Below are positions 48,701 to 62,038 of a stretch of DNA of 64,000 nucleotides, one piece after another (position 1 is the first letter of the stretch; the number at the start of each line of letters is the position of its first letter). The stretch comes from Selaginella moellendorffii (Eukaryota; Plantae; Lycopodiophyta). The notes under the pieces are model-generated. The model was given only the letters and a program-made list of their open reading frames with translations. It ran no database searches and had not been told where the DNA came from. Where the stretch lies: the NCBI RefSeq assembly GCF_000143415.4, contig NW_003314427.1:124001-188000 (forward strand). The letters run 5' to 3'. The translations under genes and the position numbers were made by a program.

Positions 48701-51700
48701 TTTGTGTCTAAGTCTTTTGCCAAGACCAACACCGCTCTTTCTCATGCCAACCATCCGTTAACACTGCACCATAGAGGTCACACACAACTTCATGTCAAAG
48801 TTTTTTTCTTCTGGGAACACCTTTCCCATAACTTTAGCATGGCATATTTTGCCATCGATGAGATACCCTCTGTTCTCATCCTTGGATCTTATGATCCCCC
48901 CCCCCCATCCTTTGTGGGGTACAACACACCTCAGTCCAAATGCTTCCATCAGTCCTTTTAGGACCATCCGTTGACTCTACTTGAGTCATCCAGCAGTTTT
49001 GGACTTGGTTAATCCACAGACCCGTAAGGTCCTACTTGTGAGGCACTAGCTCACTGGAATACACTTCTTGCATTCCTGTCCTACTCAAAAGGACTATTTT
49101 CACAAGTGTTACTCCGACACTTGATTTTGTTCTCTGGGGGCAACCTTTGCCCCTTAGGACTACTTGTCCATGTGATGAGAACACCAACTCATCCACTTAA
49201 TACACCCCCAACTCCTGGGGTTGTTCCAGCATTTATTAGAGGTAGCCCCGGCTACCTTTTCAAGGACTTGAGTCCTCTTCCGTATTTGACCTCCCACGGT
49301 CATTACTTCTGGTCTCACATTCATGAGCACCAACCTCAACTATATGAGGAAAATCTTGTGACTCCTTTATTGCTTTGGAGTCTTTATCTTTCCCGTGATC
49401 CCAACTGTAGTTGTTTACCACAACTACATTAGCCAGTTTACTAAGTCAAACGCTCATCTGGATCACATCCTCAACTCTTTGAGGAAAACCATTTACTGTT
49501 CCCAAGATCCCAAAGTCGTTCCATTATTGGCCCTTTTCTATCCACCACCTCATCTACTAGTTCACACATGAACTGTAATGGAGAGCCATGTCTTCCCGAC
49601 TTGCTACTCCTCAAGGATAGGCCCACTCCTCGGACCTTCCGATGCCAACACTAGTGGTGATATACTTGAGCACCAATAAAAGTCGGACTAAAGAACAGCT
49701 CCGATACCAAGTTGTAAGCGACTAAATTTTCCATTCTACTTTAGTCACTTAACCACACCTTTGACCACTTGGAGGAGTCTCATTCACAACCTCCATAAGT
49801 CCAATTCAGGACTTGGGGCTTGCTAGCCCCAGGAATGGCATCCATGCCACTCAACACTGGCACCTGGTCCAAGTGCTCTACGTGTCCGATCCCATGACCG
49901 ACACTCAAAGGTACCACCGATATGGCAGCCCGTTACGCTAAGGCCATGCCCAATCACCTTTGCCACACTGTAGTCCAATACCACTTGCATCACAGTCTTG
50001 GCTCTCCAAGACTGGGCCAACCATCCGTGAGTGGTCATCTCAGATCCACTCCTTAGCATCCTTAGGATGCCCACCGACACGGGGAACAGCCTTCCCCAAT
50101 GTCCCTCTGTCAGTCCCCCCTAAGTCCCTTTCTGCCCCTGGCCGTGTTTGCCAACACTGCCACTGGATCGAGGCCCACAGGCCCGACCACTAAGTCCCAC
50201 GGTCCTCTAGAACTTCCTCACCACACGACTGTGTCCTTGGTCACTACCCCAGAGGACTACTCCTCTTCCTTTCCACAGTCTGGGCCTTTGGGACAACATT
50301 TTGGAACACCGTGGCCTTACGCGAGCCACCTGGGTACTCTCCCCGCCTTCTGCCCTTGGGTGCTCTAGCCATGGGCTTAGAGCGAGGTTCCATTGAGCCA
50401 CGCCTGGTATCCAAGTAGGTAGTGCCACCCACACTTGGACTGGGAGCATTGGCCAGTCGATCTCCCGGGGGAACTAGAGCCGGCTCTTGAACACTTCACC
50501 AAGCTACCCCGCTTGTCGGTCCGTGTTCACTCTAGTCTTGGACTTCCCAGTGGGCAGCTCATCACCCAACACTGGGTCCGGCCTTCCTGGGCCAAACTGG
50601 CCTTTCCTGGCCAAACTGGCTCCACTGCAGTCCTCCCCCCTACTATACTTTTGGAGCTCACCAAACCCCCTAGGGTCTGGGAGACGAACGCTTTGGGCTT
50701 TCACCCTCTCAGGCTCCAGACTCGGACTCGGACTCGGACTCGGACTCGGACTCGGACTCGGACTCGGATTCGGACTCGGACTCGGGCTCGGGCTCGGTCT
50801 TGGCCTCGGCCTCGGTCTCGGTCTCGGTCCCGATCTCGGTCTCGGTCTCGGTCTCGGTCCTGGTCTCGGTTCCGGTCTCGGTCTCGACTTCGGACTCCAT
50901 CTCGGACTCCATCTCGGACTCCATCTCGGACTCCATCTCGGGTCCATCTTGGGTCCATCTCGGACTCCATCTCGGACTCCATCTCGGGTCCATCTCGGAC
51001 TCCATCTCGGACTCCATTTCGGGTCCATCTCGAGTCCACCTCGAACTCCATCTCGGACTCCATCTCGGACTCCATCTCGGGTCCATCTCGGACTCCATCT
51101 CGGACTCCATTTCGGGTCCATCTGGGGTCCACCTCGGACTCCATCTTGGACTCCATCTCGGGTCCATCTCGGACTCCACTTTGGACTCCAACTCGGGTCC
51201 ATCTCGGGTCCACCTCGGACTTCATCTCGGACTCCATCTCGGACTCCATCTCGGGTCCATCTCGGACTCCATCTCGAGTCCATCTCGGACACTCCCACGT
51301 GTCATGTGTTGGTCCTTTTGGGTCCCTTTTTGGAGCCTTGCCTTTTGCTCGCTTCGTGCTCGTTCCTCGAGCACTTCGTTGGGAGTTCCACTCCCGCTCT
51401 TGACTTTTCAAGTCGGAGCTTTTGGTCCAAACGTGTTACGCTCGTTTGGCTCTCGCTTCGGCCACTACCATGTGGCGCCCTTCCGGCTCCACTTTGGGGC
51501 CTAGGGATTTTGTGTCTCACATCAGCATCTTGAGCCTGAGCATGCTCAACTAACTGCCCAAACTCACTGATCACTTTACTCAAATGATGACAAAATCGTG
51601 TTTGTAATGTCGTCACATGATGAACACGAAATAAAACATTTGCCACCACATTTGATTTTCCTGGATAATGCTTAATAGGAAGCTCCCCAAACTCCATGAG

Positions 51701-54700
51701 TTTGACCATCCAACAAACTTGCCTAGTGTTCAACTCCTTTTGTGTGAAAAGATACACAAGTGGTTTGTGATCTGTCAACACCACAAACACTGCACCATAA
51801 AGATAGTGCTGCCACGTCCGCAAAGCATGAACAATAGAGAGTAACTCTTGCTTATATGTGGAATAACGTTGCTCCGCAAAATTCAAAATTTGACTCTCAT
51901 ATGCAATAAGCTGTCCCTCTTGCATGAGAACTCCTCCCAATGCATAATCACTTGCATCGCATGTTACCTCGTAAGGTTTTGATGGATTAGCAATGAAAAG
52001 CACTAAAGTCTCGCTCAACAATCGTTTCAGAGCCACAAAACTCTCCTCTTGTGGCTTCGTCCACTCGAATGGCACATTCTTGCATAACAACTGTGTCAAA
52101 GGAATAGCCACCTCTGCAAACTTATGCTAGAAATGTCGGTAGTAACTAGCCAGACCAAGAAAACTACACAACTCAGCCACTGTATTTGGTGTAGGTTAGA
52201 TTTCCACCACAGCCACTTTCCTGGGATCCGTCTTGACACCCTTAGATGTCACAATACGGCTTAGATATTCCACCTCCAACTTTGTAAACTCACATTTGCT
52301 CTTCTTCGCATAAAGTTTGTTGTCTCGGAGTAACAAAAGAACTTTGCGCAAATGCATCTTATGCTCCTCCATATTCTTGCTGAAAACAAGAATATCGTCC
52401 AAGAAAATCTCCACAAACTCATGAAGATAATGCCTAAATACCTCCATCATCAACTGAGTAAATGTGGCTGGTGCATTCGTCAAACCAAACGGCATAATTG
52501 TAAGCTCAAAATGTCTGAAGCTTGTGTTAAATGCCATCTTGGAGATAGATGCATCATCCATTACAATATGATGATATCCACTCCTCAGATCAATCTTGGT
52601 AAACACTCGTGTTTCACCAAGCTTGTCTAGGATATCATCCACACATGGCATCGGCATCTTATCCTTCATTGTCTTCTTGTTCAAAGCACGGTAGTCAACA
52701 CACATCCGCATTGAACCATCCTTCTTCTTCACAAGCAAGATTGGAGCACCAAATGAAGATTTACTTGGCTGAATAAATTGAAACTCAAGTAACTCCTTGA
52801 ACTTCTTGTTCCTCCCCATAACTTAACCGAAATGAACGCTAGTAAATTGGCCATGTCCCTGGCTCCAATGTAATCCCATGCTCCACACCTCATAATGGAG
52901 GCAACCCATGAGGAAATTCGGAAAAACATCAGAAAACTCATCAAGTACATCCCATATTGCTGCTTCTCCCCCACACATGCCTTGGTCCCCCAAGTCACGA
53001 AGAAATAGCAAGTGACTCAAAAGTGCTTTTCCATTACGACAAGCCCGCTTCAAAGATGTAGCAAAGAGCATAACAACTGGTGGTTGAACACCCTCTCCAA
53101 AGCACACATCTTTAACACCACCGTACTCCAGCGAGACATGCTTAATACTCCACTTTACCTCTCGATTCACCTTCACTAACCATGGCATCCCAAGAATGAG
53201 ATCCACACGATGGATATCCGCGAGATAAAAAGTCTCCACAAGTGTGGTTTTGCTAACCAACACTTCTAGCCCCTTGACACAAGCATCGAAATGCTGAGCA
53301 GAGGTAGCTGCACCTTCCACTGTGTATAGAAGAACCCCTTCTGTGACTAGGCCATGCTCCGTAACAAATTTTGCCAAAACAAAGTTGTCATCACTCCCAC
53401 TATCCAGTAAAATCTGCATTGGATTGCCACGAAACACACCCTTCAGCATTAAAGCTGATTCACGAGTATCCTCGAGCTCCATCTTGTTCCACACACAGTT
53501 GAACTGATGAGCAATGATCGAAAGTCTCTTCCTCTAACCAGAATGGTCGTTCTCAGCATCCTCACGCTGCAAAGTTTGCAACTTTTTAGTATATAACTTA
53601 CCGTGAGTAGAAGATTGGCCATTCTTCTTGTCCTGTTGCTTGTTCTTCAACTATAGACAATTAGCTTTGTAGTGTCCAAGTTTGCCGCATTGATGACAAC
53701 CTTGTCTATAATTCTTCACAAAGAACTTCTGCTTCTTGGACCCCTTTGCATCCCAAGTAGTCACCACTGACTTCAACTTGTGATGCTTTTTCCCATCCTT
53801 GTGTCCACGACGATCATCATGACGATTCTCGATAGAAAGACTCCGCAAACGCTTGCGAGACTTGTGCTTGTCATTATCAAGTCGATGAGCCACATCAAAG
53901 AGCTCCTCTAAACTCTTTGTAGGCTGAGAATGATGCAAGTGTTGCCGCATGCTCTCACTATGAAGGCCATTAATGAAGTAAGACTTGTTCTGATCTGGAT
54001 CCTTCGTTGGAACACGACTAATCAAGCGAGTAAGCTTCTTAATATAGTCCCCAAGCGTCATTTTCCCTTGCTGGAAATGTCAAAGTTCTATACTAGCATT
54101 CTCCACATTGTAATGAAGGGAAAAATGTAAATAAAAAGCAGCCTCAAACTCATCCATGGTAGACACTAGTGGTTTCTTATCCGCAACATGAGACTCCTCA
54201 AGCCAATTCCACCATCGAAGACCTGCATCACGTAAAACCATCGGAATAGCCACTAAAGCCTCTACATCTAGAGTTCCCTTAACAACCAAAAACTTCTTCA
54301 CATTGGCTAGCCAAACGAGACACCCGTCCACACCACCATCACCGGAAAAGGTTGGAGTCTTGAGTCTATCTACCAAAGAAGGCTTACTTGGAGCGCTACC
54401 ATGTCTAGCCTTGAGTGCTTCAACACGCCCACGCATGGTATCCATCATGCCATGCATCTCATTTTGCATCTCTTGCTGATTTTGATTAAAGGCTTGCAGT
54501 TCATGAACCACATCTTGAATGGTCCAAATCTCTACAGCTTCATCGGCACCATCATCGGCACCACCATCGACAATAGGATTCTAGCATTCAGCTTGGTCGG
54601 CCATCACAACCAACTCCTCTAATACCAATGTTATGATCCGGTGCAAAGAGACAGAGATCTAGCCACCCTAGACTATATTACGCCACCTCTTGAGGTTCTT

Positions 54701-54852
54701 CACCACCCAACCACCCCCAAGCTACCTCAAAAGCTCCACTACGCCACTGCTCCACTATGAGCCCTAGAGTAGGTTGCCCTAACATGCCTTAATATACCCT
54801 TGAGCCTCCCTGTGACCAACATTGACCACGTGGTCAAAGCTGGTGCCTAACA
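42749..54852 (-). mobile_element. Ty3/gypsy LTR retrotransposon with both LTRs; decayed gag-pol
   Basis: LTRs 42749-42985 and 54629-54852. PBS (Met-type TGGTATTAGAG) at 54617-54627; PPT at 42988-43006. gag with CHQCGKLGHYKANC, protease LLDSGS, RT FLDD, RNase H DASDYALGGVL, integrase 43100-44067. Degenerate TSD AGGAT/GGGAC. Confidence 0.92.
44068..51521 (-). mobile_element. Nested non-autonomous (LARD-like) LTR retrotransposon with 1.8 kb minisatellite-containing LTRs
   Basis: LTRs 44068-45900 and 49713-51521 (TG…CA) are nearly identical outside the repeat array. PBS TGGTATCGGAGC at 49698-49709; PPT at 45901-45912; TSD TCAAC/TCAGC. The 3.8 kb interior has no long ORF. Excision restores the host pol frame (QDAEVASLQDQ). 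Confidence 0.92.
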
Positions 54853-57800
54853 GGGACGTTTGGTGTGTTCTGAATCTCTTGCAACTAATGCTGGGACAAT
54901 ATACGAGCAACAATACCAGAATGAGTTCTATTGGTATGTTGTTATTTATGTTGTGTTGGCCTAACTAAAATCTTCTGTTATAGTGCATATTGCACACTTT
55001 TTGGATGTTGGTAGACTGTATGGTGTGGCAGGACATGTTGATTTTTATCTTGTAGCTCTCAAATAGGCTTTTGAAATTGCTCAGGATGGTATCAAACTTA
55101 GGGAATTGAAGGGCTGCTACCATGCACTGATATTGAAGGGAGTGGTGAAGAAGTATATGGTAGTGAACATGGATGCAAGTGGTGTTGTTTATGAAGATGA
55201 GGTAGGATTGGTTCAGGTGATATTTGCAGATGGTTATAAGAGTGCCACAATTTACCCCTCAGGCCATGTTGTAGTCTTACAAGCTTAAATGCTGTTTTAT
55301 TATTAAATTTTCTGTAATATATAAATAATATCTTTTATATAGTTCAAAAAGTGTTTTTACTATATATTTACAATTTTAGAAAGATAAAATATATTATGTT
55401 TAAATAAACAATAGTCTATATGTGTTGTTTACCTTTTCACTATAGAATATGTTAAACCATCGCAGATATTTGCTAGAGTCTTGACTTTTAATGTTTAAAT
55501 TTGTAAAAGTTATAAAAATAATTTAGAGTATATAACTAGATATTTAAAATATTTTTATTACAATATTAAGCATAATCTAAAACTGGGATTAGATTAATTA
55601 TTTTAATAATTTTTTATTTGATTAAATTTATGTAGAAATGAAAATTCTTGAACTGTGACAAAGGTTTGCAAAAATTGCTTTGCCACTATAAAACTGAAAG
55701 AAGAAAAGAATGTACTGACTAACTATTATAAATATTGACAACCAAGACCTAGAGATAGAGAGTGGCTAGAATTTTTTTTTTCTAAGTTGGTTACTCCTCA
55801 AAATTTTACAATCCAAAAACTTAAATGATCATATTCAATATATCATTGAAAGGATGAAGAATCTATAGAGGTGTCTTTTGAAGACTATTATAAAGATATG
55901 ATACACTAAATATTACAAGCCAATTTTATAAAATCTTGATCTTAAGATCGAAAATCCTTCTCAAACTTATTATAAAGCTCCTCTATTTTTTATAGTAGTG
56001 AGAATATGTCTAGATCACCTAGTATCCTTAACATCTTTGTAGTGGACATTTATAAAATCTTAGAAATCTCTACTATAATTTGTAATTTGTTAATATCGGC
56101 TAACCTAATATTGTGTATAGCATACAGAAAATGCATATTAGCTTAGCCCAAAAACCCTAACATATATAGAATCAAGTGGTGATATCAAAATCCTTATACT
56201 AATAATAGTATATGACATCATAATTATACATCTAAACTTTATATTATCCCCTCTTTTTGGAAGGATGAAAGGCAGTTAGGGTCCTTTTATTAATGGGCCA
56301 GGATTTAGATGAAGGAAGAGGCATTAGTGGATTTGTAGGTGGTGCAATTTGTTTATGATTCCTTTATATAAAGTGTTTTAGCAATTGCATAGCAACCTAT
56401 TGAATATTGTTTATAAACTTGTAATCCAACATGCTATAACACTTGATATAGTCCCTTCCATTGAACAAGAACTCTTTTAAACAAACCATATAAGATTAAG
56501 AAAACAAGCCAAAATCAAATCCTCCACTTTATACTCTATAGATGGAAAATGATAAAAATTATAGTGCTATTGTTGTCCCATATAGATGTAGCACACGTGG
56601 TTTTGACCATTTATCCTATGGTGATTTACCATAGGATAACACCACAAAGCAGAACTTAAACCCTTCATGTGCCACGTGACAGATGCCATGTGTCACATGC
56701 CACGTGTCCAAAGGAATGTGGTGCAGAACCCGAGGTTCAGGGCCTTGGGCTACTAAACGAAGGAACGGTGCCAAACCCCCAAGCATGGAGCCAAGGAGTG
56801 ATGGAACCAGACCACGGAGCAACTCCCGATCATACAGCCCAAGGAGCAAAGGAATAGGAGCCTGGAGCGACTTGGAACAGTCTTAGAGCAACTAGCATCC
56901 CAATGCTAGGACCAGCACGCAAAATGGAGCCAAATAAAGTCTGGCACTATTTCTGCATACCGGTGGCCTAACATGAGGATATGGGTACTCCACCAGCTAG
57001 TATGGAATGGAACTTGGGCTTAGACCCAAGCCAGACGCAGAACAAGGACAAACACGCAAGTGGGAACTAGACTATGCCTCAAGTTAGTCGGCCATGCCCA
57101 ACCTACCCACTATCCCTACTATACATTTGGAACCCCCTATAGCCCCCCCCCCCCCCGCTATATTTAAACCCCAATGAATCGTCTCTCGAGTCATTCCCTT
57201 TGTTTGCTTTCACCCCAAGCCTCCCTTAGTATCAGGAGTTAGTCTCTGGGATAAGCTCGAAACTTACTAAATATGGAATGGTGATAGATTGCGAATTTGG
57301 ATATGGGACGAACACCATTGTGTTCAGGACAATCTCTACATTCCGTAAATATGCCAAATGAGCAAATCTGGACACTTTCCATAAATAGCATTTGGGACCG
57401 AAATGAGACTAACACAAAAGGCATGATAGCGAGGGTGTTTGGCAGACATGGTAAGCTATCATTTAGCGATATTAAGGGACTAATTTCAATATGTGAGAGT
57501 TCTTACCAAGCCAGTGCAAGACAGAGCAAAAGAGAACTAAGAGCCAGGCCGAGTATGCTCAGCTAGAAACACATAGGAGTTCCTACCTTATGTCCATCTG
57601 GCTAAGTACAGATGCTAAGCCCAGTAAACTAACACTTGAACAAGAGGGGCTGATAAAGGGAACTAGCAATACCGACCTCCTGCCATTGTGGCAGTAAGGA
57701 AAGAGTGTCTGTAAGGATTAGCCAATAGGTAACTTTTGATACCCAAAGTCACATTTGCGACACTCTCCCCCTTAGGGAAGATCGACATCCTCATCAATGC

Positions 57801-58125
57801 ATACTCGAGTTTAGACCACCGCCAAGGAAACAACTCCAAAAAGAAGTTCATAGTGATCACACTATGTGAGAAATGCACCGACTTAAATGAGTTAGGAGGC
57901 ACCCTCTTTGTCTAAGGCGGATGCGCTACCAGCTCAAACACCTTCCAGCCATCGCCGACAAGAAAAAGACCAACAGAGTCAGCCACCCTTGTTACTCTGA
58001 GTATCACCCAACTAACAAAAGTGTGATATGCCCCTACCCGCAAGGACATAGAGAGAGAAGCTAGAGGCCCCAACCCTCCTGAGCAAAGAAACCAAACCTG
58101 TCGGTAAGGTTTAGATAGACTACTG

Positions 58126-58718
58126 TGTAAGCAACCAAAGGGAACGACTTGAGAGATAATCCATGGGGTTCAAATATAGAGGGAAAGGGCCCATAAACAA
58201 GAGTGCACCCCCTTTTCCAATTGGTTAAGGGTCTTGGGATAGTTGGAGTTAAGCGTTCTTGGGTTTGAATAGTACTGGGCTGGGTGACCTCCCATGAAGT
58301 CCAAACTCAGGAGCTTACATTTGGTATCAGAGGGGTCTCGGGTCCGACTCTATTGGTTGGCTAAGGGAATCATACCACATGTTGATTAACATCTGGCTGG
58401 TCCAGTTTGCTCCTACTGGGCTCGACCCGAGGGGTAGGGTGTCAAGAGAGCGGGGCTCTCGGGAGAGCTGTAGCTCTCAGCTTCCGTTCACAAGGGCGTG
58501 AACTTGCAGGGAAGCGTGGTGGATTGTAAGCAACTAAAGGGAACGACTTGAGAGATGATCCATAGGGTTCAAATATAGAGGGAAAGGGCCCATGAACAAA
58601 AGTGCACCCCCTTTTCCAATTGGTTAAGGGACTTGGGATAGTTGGAGTTAAGCGTCCTTGGGTTTGAATAGTACTGGGCTGGGTGACCTCCCATGAAGTC
58701 CAAACTCAGGAGCTTACA
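58126..58718 (+). mobile_element. Intact Cassandra TRIM retrotransposon (593 bp) with 5S rRNA-derived LTRs
   Basis: 194-bp LTRs at 58126-58319 and 58525-58718 (7 differences by eye). PBS TGGTATCAGAG at 58322-58332; purine tract before the 3' LTR; perfect TSD TACTG (58121-58125 / 58719-58723). The LTR core AGTTAAGCGT.CTTGGG……TAGTACT.GG.TGGGTGACCTCC…GAAGTCC matches the 5S rRNA internal control region. Confidence 0.95.
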
Positions 58719-61700
58719 TACTGTAAACAGGCAGTTAGAGTTGTTTACACGGTCACGCCCTTTTAACAGAATAAGGAACATTAACAGAGAGCCAGGTTAT
58801 GTGACCAATTGACAGTAGCTACCCTATGACTAGAGATTTCACCATGCACACGAAGTGCCGAAGCCAGTCTGCCTATACTGGCCCAAACTCAAAGATCAAT
58901 ATATGGACTATATCAAAGTCATAGACAATGATATCTGAGAGACTTAATTAGCAGTGAATAAATTTTAGATTAGAATACAAAAGTATTCCAAGTAAGTTAT
59001 CATTTGATAAACTAGTATTATAGTAGAGGAACCACTAAGATCATTATTTTTGGTAAACATAGGATTCACCATCCAACAAAATTCAATAGCCAGCGTATCA
59101 TCAAGAAAACTCAATGATAAAATTTAATTATTAAAGATTGCAGACAGTATGCCAAACAACTTACGAAAAACAACTCAAAGAACAAAAAAGTATTATCGAT
59201 TGGCAAGCAAGATGCTCGCGAATGTATCACCCAAAGGAAATAACATCCCAATCTATCAAAACTAACTTAAACAATAATCAATAGAACAGAATGAATGTAG
59301 TAAGACCAGCAAACACCCATTCATGCCAACTATCACAGAAGATAATCTGAATAGATCCCAGTCAATAACATGAAGGAACTTAAGTTGCTTAAATAAGTGT
59401 TAGCAACATCCTACTGATGTCTCAAACCCAAAAGACCAATCCAAAGCAAACCACAAAGAACATGTGGTAATGCGAGAAGCCAAAAACCATCAAAGAGAAT
59501 AACTAACCATCATGAAAGATCATCAATCATCCCATCAAATGAAGAGATGTATAATCATTGTCAAAGAGGAATTCACCATCCCAAAGAACGGCAACTCATT
59601 CCATATCAACAACAATCAAGCAAAACCTTTTGACAAGGATAATAAACTATCATAAATGATAGTTAATCATCACCAATGGTTGCCAGATGCAAATACTAAC
59701 TTCAACATTGAAGCTAATGAGCCAAAATGCCTTCCCCAACAACTTTTAACAAATGAACCATAAGCATGAAAACTCAAAGAACCAAAAGCTCGAAGAAGCC
59801 TATAGCTAAGTCTTGCATAACAATGATCACAAGTCTTACATGAACTAATTTCAATGCTAAAGAAAAAACCATGGTACAACCCACAATATTCTCCTCAATT
59901 GTAGCGCATATTATCTCTCTCCCCTTAAGCCAACTGAAAAAGGGGCAATTGCTTGATGAGAGAGCCCTTAGTGGCTATTTTATCCACGATGACAGTATAT
60001 CCAAATCTCATCCCATGATCACATGCACTACATAAACACATTCATAAGCTAAATTTCATAATGCCAAAGCTAATGAAGAGCATGTCTGCATCAATCCAAA
60101 AGCTAAGCATAACGAAGTTATGCTCAACAAGTGATCATCACATGATCCTCCATAAATCCTTCTATAGCAAGATGTAACTCACTTCATAACAAGCACAAGA
60201 AGAAGCATTAATGATCGATATATTCCAACTCAAATCCAAAAAGGATTCAAATATTCCAATATCAATCACTAACTCTTTCTCTTATAGAGTTAGTATAGTT
60301 CATGACTGAATCACTTTTCAAGGAAAAGCCAAAGCTCAACCCTCTACTAAATAATCTCGTCTGGAACACAACTAATTCAAACTTGCCACTTAGTTTGTTT
60401 GAATGTCAACACAATTGCTAATTAGCAAATGCACGAATGCCAATAACACAAAGCTATAGCCAAATCATCAACACTATCCTCATCGAGATTAATGAAACTC
60501 GATATCAATCTTTCGGAGAGATATTTCATTTCACTCAAATCTCAACATTAACTATGTCAACGACAAGGCATCACTTCAATGCCATCAACACTATAACAAA
60601 GCTAGAAGAAAGCACGAGTGAATCACCACTCAAGGCTCTCTAGCAACTAAGCTAACCAAAGTCGAAGATACCTTAGTCAGTATCTGAGACCAATCCTTCA
60701 ACAAGACTCAGCTACAGATAACACTTCATCAAGGAGTGATTCACCACGTCCAAGACTCAATGAAATCCAACACTACGAACTAAATGCAACAAAATGATAT
60801 TGACAGAGGTAGAATCGATATGCTAACATGGAATAAACCATATAAGTTTAACGACACGATCCTCTGCAACACCATCCGGTAAAGCAAGCCCATCACTGCT
60901 AAATCATCATTGAGCAAAGCAAGTGTCAATAATCCTTGACAAAGTTTACTAGCAACCACTAGTCACAAAGCAACCAATAATCACTTTTCAACTTGCCTTC
61001 ACAAGATTTAACACTAAACTCATATCATCAAGTCATATACTCATCCAATATGAATGTAATACCTCAAATACGAGATAAAGGTTCATGGACAAGCACGAAC
61101 TAAATGACCACTCGAATCCAACTCAACCACGATAAGCTCATCAACACATTTAGTCAATAGCTTTGAGCATGCTTTGAAAAGACTAGCTATGTATGATCAA
61201 CACTCAGCTGAAGCTAAAGTGAAGACCATGAGATGGACTCATATCGGTACACAACCTCCACTAAGACAAAGCTATAGTATGGGTACCTACATCTCAACTC
61301 AAACAACTAAGTTGGACATCATCATCCTTAGCCAAGGCACAGGGCCACCAAGACTAAGTCAAGATCAGTGAAAGCTCACTACTCTCATAGAGTTTAACGA
61401 AATACAAGGTGTATCCTACCACTAAGCAAAACACTATAGAAGAAAGGCACAAGGGTCACCCTTCTTAGAAAAGTGCAACAGTCACTTTTCTACATCAACT
61501 CTAGACTCTATCCAACTCAATTGCCTTAGTTCCAAAAGTTAGCATTCTTTTTGGGCTACATCATACAAACTACATACTAAGGTCTAAGCCAACCAAAGTC
61601 AACTCCAATCCCTTCACTAGTTGTATTGGTTATGAAACGGAATGGTTTCAGGCAAAGTGATCAATAGATCAACCTTTGGAAAAGCCTAAGAAAATTTGTG

Positions 61701-62038
61701 GAAAAATTTCCATCCTAGAGAAAGAATGACTCTCAGTCTAGGAATGCAAACTTTCAAGACTCAACCAACTTCCTCTTACTAACAACTTCACATAGGTTCA
61801 TTTCAACACCAATTCTCATGACCCATAGTATGCTTAAGCCTCGAATATCTTTTGCCCATTTTTCCGATATCCAACACTGACATCCGTAAAATGCGAATGG
61901 AACATCCAAGGCTTGATCACGAAGACCATATCTTTAGATATCCATATTGCACTAACACTCTTCTTTAATCATTCTCAAGATCAATGTGAAGCCAAAACAC
62001 TAACACAAAAAATGCCATAGACAATCAAGCTCTAAGGG

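Larger units (their letters stand above)
41196..55288 (+). pseudogene. Crinkler/RHS-type (CR) NTPase + PD-(D/E)xK restriction-endonuclease-fold gene with a SAM-like N-terminus, interrupted by a Ty3/gypsy element (42749-54852)
   Basis: 5' part: DLLLLSPQFLAEL (SAM-like), Walker A VRAPPQSGKTSL, Walker B LILVDEGQ. 3' part (54858-55288): IYEQQYQNEFY…GHVDFYL…AFEIAQDG. Short introns, stops and frameshifts. Confidence 0.65.

Noticed and set aside
58247-58302. 5S rRNA gene
   Set aside because: Only the ~56-nt internal control region is present, duplicated in LTRs with PBS and TSD, so this is Cassandra and not rDNA.
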